A model generated the notes under the pieces. It saw only the letters and a program-made list of their open reading frames with translations. It was not told the origin of the DNA and ran no database searches. The position numbers and the translations under genes were made by a program. 10,301 nucleotides of DNA from Thermoplasmata archaeon (GTDB taxonomy: Archaea; Thermoplasmatota; Thermoplasmata; GCA-020350865), in assembly GCA_020348445.1 (NCBI GenBank), contig CP070751.1, positions 1,370,518 to 1,380,818 on the forward strand. The letters are read 5' to 3'. Shown in pieces: positions 6,491-10,301 of the stretch; the first letter of the stretch is position 1, and each line of letters begins with the position of its first letter.

Positions 6491-8113
6491 ATGGGGGATT
6501 TTAACTACGAAAAAGAGTTTAAAAAGTGGAAATGGGACATCCCTGAAAAGTATAATATTGGAGTTGACATTGTTGACAAGCATGCTGAGAGTAGAAGTAA
6601 AAACAAGGTAGTATTGTATTGGGAGAACGCTGAAGGTTTTGAGAAGAAGTTTACTTTTTGTGAAATGAAGAACCTCACCAATAAATTTGGAAATGCCCTA
6701 AAAAAACTTGGTTTTAAAAAAGGAGATAGATTCCTCCTTAGACTTCCAAATCTTCCAGAGTTTCATGTCTCGTTTCTCGGTGGAGTAAAGATAGGTGCTA
6801 TTCCTATTCCCTCAAGCGTGATGTTCAGGGGACATGAAATAGAGTATAGGATAAACGATAGTGGTTCTAAAGCTGTAATAACAACACCTAGATATGTTGG
6901 AGAAATAGATAAAATCAGGGACAAATGTCCAACATTGAAACACATCATAATCGTCGGAGAGGCATATGGAGATCAGCTTTCATACAGCGAATTGATGAGA
7001 GAATCCTCCTATTATTTGAAGGCTGAACCTACAAATAGAGACGACATGGCGTTTTTTTGTTACACCTCTGGTACAAAAGGTAATCCAAAAGGGGCAGTAC
7101 ATTTGCATCGATGGGTTCCAGGAAATGACCCAAGCGTAATTTTCTGGCAGCAGGCAAAAGAGAACGATTTAATAGCCCATACTGGTGATTTAAACTGGAT
7201 TTTTCCACTTGGAAATGGTTTTCTATACCCATGGCGCTGGGGAGTATCCACGCTTATATATGATGGTAGATTTGACCCAGTGCATTGGTTTAAACTTATT
7301 GAGAAATACGAGGTTACTAATCTTGCTTCACTGCCTACTGCCTATCGCCTATTTCTAACAGTTAAAGATGCTGAGAAGAACTATGATCTTTCATCGTTAA
7401 GGCATTGTATCTCTGCTGGGGAGCCATTAAACCCAGAGGTTATTAAAGAATGGAAACGGAGATTTAATCTCGATGTATATTATGGCATCGGTATGACAGA
7501 GATCATGGTTTATCTCTCGAACTTCAGGGGTATGAAGATTAAACCAGGTTCATGTGGTAAACCCCAACCAGGTCATGTGTGTTCGGTCGTTGATCTTGAA
7601 GGCAAGCCTCAACCAAGAGGTGAATCTGGTATAATTGCAGTGAAACAAAATGATCCTGGCCTGTTTAAAGAGTATTGGAATAAACCTGAGATAACCGCTA
7701 AGAGTTTCAAAAATGGTTGGTTCTTAACCGGTGATGTTCTTTATCAAGATGAGGATGGTTATTATTGGTTTAGCGGCCGAGACGATGATCTCATAATGTC
7801 GAACGGATATCGTATCTCGTCTTTTGAGGTTGAATCAGCGATTATTTCACATCCCGAGGTATTGGATTCAGCAGTGGTGACAAGTCCTGACAAAATGCTT
7901 GGAGTGGTTGTTAAGGCTTATGTTGTTCTTCACAATAACAGTAAAGCATCTGATGAGTTAGTGGAGGATATTCAGGAGCATACGAAAAATATTGCTGCTC
8001 CATATAGGTATCCTGTAGAGATAGAATTTGTGAAAGAACTTCCTAAGACTCAAAGTGGGAAGATAAAAATAAAGGAACTGAGAGGGTTAGAGAAGAAAAA
8101 GAAAGAAGTGTAA
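6491..8113 (+). CDS. AMP-forming acyl-CoA synthetase/ligase (ANL superfamily) with benzoate-CoA-ligase-like motifs; substrate unknown
   Basis: A3 YTSGTKGNPKG, SAGEPL, A5 GIGMTE, A7 TGD, A8 GRDDDLIMSNGYRI..FEVES and A10 LPKTQSGKI. Confidence 0.88.
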   Translation: MGDFNYEKEFKKWKWDIPEKYNIGVDIVDKHAESRSKNKVVLYWENAEGFEKKFTFCEMKNLTNKFGNALKKLGFKKGDRFLLRLPNLPEFHVSFLGGVKIGAIPIPSSVMFRGHEIEYRINDSGSKAVITTPRYVGEIDKIRDKCPTLKHIIIVGEAYGDQLSYSELMRESSYYLKAEPTNRDDMAFFCYTSGTKGNPKGAVHLHRWVPGNDPSVIFWQQAKENDLIAHTGDLNWIFPLGNGFLYPWRWGVSTLIYDGRFDPVHWFKLIEKYEVTNLASLPTAYRLFLTVKDAEKNYDLSSLRHCISAGEPLNPEVIKEWKRRFNLDVYYGIGMTEIMVYLSNFRGMKIKPGSCGKPQPGHVCSVVDLEGKPQPRGESGIIAVKQNDPGLFKEYWNKPEITAKSFKNGWFLTGDVLYQDEDGYYWFSGRDDDLIMSNGYRISSFEVESAIISHPEVLDSAVVTSPDKMLGVVVKAYVVLHNNSKASDELVEDIQEHTKNIAAPYRYPVEIEFVKELPKTQSGKIKIKELRGLEKKKKEV

Positions 8114-8135
8114 AATTTAGGGGGTAGAGAATTTT

Positions 8136-8903
8136 ATGAATATTGTTGTTTGTGCGAAACAGGTTGTTGATGTATCCGAGATGAAGGTTGATTCATCTAC
8201 AAAAAAGCCGATTTTGCAAGGTATACCGCAGAAGATTAGTGATATTGATAAGAATGCTATAGAGGAAGCAATTAAGATCAAGGAAAAACATGATGGTAAG
8301 ATAACGGTGGTAACGGTTGGTCCAAATGATGCTAAGGAACGTATTAAGGAATTGTTGGCGATGGGTGCTGACGAGGGCGTTTTGATTCCTTATTCCGAAA
8401 AGTACGATTATCATGTAGTTTCTAGTCTCTTGGCAGGAGCTATAAAGAAGATTGGTGAATATGATATTGTTTTATGTGGTGAGGCATCGATTGATTTGTT
8501 TTCGGGACAAATTGGACCAAGGTTGGCTGGTTTATTGAATATTCCACAGATTACGTATGCCCAGAGCGTTAATGCTGAAGGGGTTAAGGTTGTCGCTGAG
8601 CGAAATATGGGTGATAAGATGGTGACAACCGAGTCGTCTTATCCTGTTCTTATTACTGTGACTAAAGAAATTAATGAGCCCCGTCTCCCGAGTCTTATGC
8701 AGATTCTCGGGGCAGCTAATAAACCAATTAATGAATGGAGTGCAAATTCACTCGTACAGGATAAATTAGAGCCTGTGATTGAGATTGTTGAGTTAAAAGG
8801 AGTCCCTATGGAGCGGAAGAACATTGTGTATCAGGATGATTTGGACGAGTCGATTGAGAAATTGGTTGATAGTCTTGCTAAGGAAGGAGTATTGGGGGGA
8901 TAG
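8136..8903 (+). CDS. etfB: Electron transfer flavoprotein beta subunit (FixA-like)
   Basis: Motifs MNIVVCAKQV, DKNAIEEAIKIKE, LLAMGADEG, LCGEASID..GQIGPRLAG, PQIT and NEPRLPS. SD-like AGGGGGT at 8119-8125. Confidence 0.92.
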   Translation: MNIVVCAKQVVDVSEMKVDSSTKKPILQGIPQKISDIDKNAIEEAIKIKEKHDGKITVVTVGPNDAKERIKELLAMGADEGVLIPYSEKYDYHVVSSLLAGAIKKIGEYDIVLCGEASIDLFSGQIGPRLAGLLNIPQITYAQSVNAEGVKVVAERNMGDKMVTTESSYPVLITVTKEINEPRLPSLMQILGAANKPINEWSANSLVQDKLEPVIEIVELKGVPMERKNIVYQDDLDESIEKLVDSLAKEGVLGG

Positions 8904-8906
8904 AAT

Positions 8907-9863
8907 ATGGTGCTTGTTTTTTCTGATGATGATAAACTTTGTTTGGAGATTCTATCTAAAGGAAATGAGCTAGCAAAGGAGTTGAGTAAAAAGCTCACTG
9001 CAGTAATAATTGGAAAGAGTGATGATGCGCTGGCAAGGAAATACATAGCCCATGGTGCTGATACGGTAGTAGTTGCAGAGACCGATCTAGATTCATTTAA
9101 GGCGGAGGAGTACACTGGGATTTTGGAGAATATCCTGAAAGAGACAAAACCTGAGATTATATTAATTGGTTCCAATAAGAATGGCAAAGAGCTTGCTCCT
9201 CGGCTTGCATCTAAGCTTGGAGCTGGTTGTGTGACTGATTGCACAAATCTTTATGTAAAGAATAAAAAGTTGACTGCTGAACGTATAGTGTATAGTGGGA
9301 ATGCTGTTGCAATAGAACAGTTTACCTCGAGACCAAATATCGTTACCATTCCAAGGAAGGTTTTTGAACCATTGCCAAAGAATGAGAAACACAGTGGAAA
9401 TATAGTTAAGAAGAAAGTGGAAGTGAAGAAAACAGCTTCTAAAGTGCTGAAGGTTCAAGAGATGCAGACTGGTGATGTCAACGTTGAGGATGCAGAAATC
9501 ATTGTCTCATGTGGCCGTGGGTTTAAGAACAAAGATGATATCAAATTAATTAATGAGTTAGCCGAGGTTTTAAAGGGAAGGACTGTTGGGTGTAGTCGAC
9601 CAATTGCTGCTGATTTGAAGTGGCTATCCGAGGATCATTGGATTGGCTTGTCTGGTCATAAGGTAAAGCCTAGGTTGTATATTGCGGTTGGTATCAGTGG
9701 TCAGATTCAACACATCGCGGGTATGCGGGATTCAGGTATCATTGTTGCGATTAACAAGGATCCTGAAGCGCTAATTTTTAAGTCTGCTGACTATGGAATC
9801 GTTGGTGATTTGTATCAGGTTGTTCCAAAATTGACAAACGCGGTTAAAGAGAAAATGGGTTAA
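8907..9863 (+). CDS. etfA: Electron transfer flavoprotein alpha subunit (FixB-like)
   Basis: Motifs AHGAD, ELAPRLA, AEIIVSCGRG, VGCSRP, KPRLYIAVGISGQIQHIAGM and IIVAINKDPEALIFKSADYGIVGDL. SD-like GGGGGGA at 8894-8900. Confidence 0.93.
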   Translation: MVLVFSDDDKLCLEILSKGNELAKELSKKLTAVIIGKSDDALARKYIAHGADTVVVAETDLDSFKAEEYTGILENILKETKPEIILIGSNKNGKELAPRLASKLGAGCVTDCTNLYVKNKKLTAERIVYSGNAVAIEQFTSRPNIVTIPRKVFEPLPKNEKHSGNIVKKKVEVKKTASKVLKVQEMQTGDVNVEDAEIIVSCGRGFKNKDDIKLINELAEVLKGRTVGCSRPIAADLKWLSEDHWIGLSGHKVKPRLYIAVGISGQIQHIAGMRDSGIIVAINKDPEALIFKSADYGIVGDLYQVVPKLTNAVKEKMG

Positions 9864-9925
9864 AAATCAGTTGTCATACCAGTAGGGTATATAGTCGATC
9901 ACACGTCGTTTATGGAGGAATAAAT

Positions 9926-10301
9926 ATGGTTAGAGATGAGGATAGAAAACTAATTGCAGAGATTCCGAAGGAGAAGATCGCAGATTTTATTTTCATGCAT
10001 TTAAGAAATATGTGGACTGTTGATGGACTATATTTCATTGGCATTGAGGAGGCTTTTGGTACAGAAGCTGCAGCTACAATAGATAGAAAGGTTTGGGAGA
10101 TTATGGGTAAAATAGAGGCTCGTAGATTAAAGAAGTTTTTTGATATATCAAGTAATGACATTCCTTCTATGATTAAGGCACTCCGTCTTTCAGGTTGGGC
10201 ACTTGATCTAGAAGACAAAGAAATCGTCGTTGAGAATGGTAAAGCGGTTGTGAGAAATATAAAATGTCGTGTTCAAAATACTAGAATAAAAAAAGGTCTA
10301 A
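9926..10301 (+). CDS. DUF6125-like protein (V4R/ATC-hydrolase-like fold suspected), 3'-partial
   Basis: Not in the ORF track because it runs off the window. GGAGG at 9914-9918, ATG at 9926, and 125 open codons: MVRDEDRKLIAEIPKEKIADFIFMHLRNMWTVDGLYFIGIEEAFGTEAAATIDRKVWEIMGKIEARRLKK...KCRVQNTRIKKGL. The W..DG.(W/Y)F...E..FG...A...D..VW.....EA.R and CRVQ..R..KGL pattern matches my recollection of DUF6125. Existence of the CDS is well supported; the family label less so. Confidence 0.75.
   Translation, partial: MVRDEDRKLIAEIPKEKIADFIFMHLRNMWTVDGLYFIGIEEAFGTEAAATIDRKVWEIMGKIEARRLKKFFDISSNDIPSMIKALRLSGWALDLEDKEIVVENGKAVVRNIKCRVQNTRIKKGL

Noticed and set aside
8111-8136. TAAAATT/AATTTTA inverted repeat enclosing the etfB SD
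   Set aside because: The stem is all A-U and unlikely to be stable, and the SD would be in the loop anyway.
9864-9925. ATACC/GGTAT mini-hairpin, TATATA-like box, and CCAGTAG shared with the acd-ligase spacer
   Set aside because: The stem is only 5 bp, there is no BRE-like element, and a single 7-mer match is not enough. The spacer is too short for a cobalamin riboswitch and I saw no B12-box here or at 5207-5317.
9910-10218. 102-aa - strand ORF at the right end
   Set aside because: It is the antisense shadow of the + strand gene at 9926, which has a strong SD and family-like motifs.

Overview
A dense, low-GC metabolic locus with archaeal-style expression signals (AGGTGA/GGAGG/GGGGGT Shine-Dalgarno sites, a BRE-TATA promoter ~30 nt before an SD-less ATG, oligo-T terminators). 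It has three transcription units. (1) + strand: 3-hydroxyacyl-CoA dehydrogenase (5'-truncated) and crotonase. (2) - strand, four genes: CobA/BtuR-type corrinoid adenosyltransferase, split B12-dependent acyl-CoA mutase large and small subunits, and a MeaB G-protein chaperone. (3) + strand: acyl-CoA dehydrogenase, AMP-forming acyl-CoA ligase, EtfB, EtfA and a 3'-truncated DUF6125-like gene that the ORF track misses. The main signal: the mutase would be auto-annotated as methylmalonyl-CoA mutase, but it has Phe89 and Gln207 where MCM has Tyr and Arg. That is the isobutyryl-CoA-mutase-type active site, and there is no epimerase in its operon. With its neighbours this suggests a self-contained B12-dependent route that activates a branched short acid, rearranges it to a linear acyl-CoA and beta-oxidises it (inference, untested). 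I saw no RNA genes, mobile elements or CRISPR arrays. All family assignments come from motifs recalled from memory, not from database searches.
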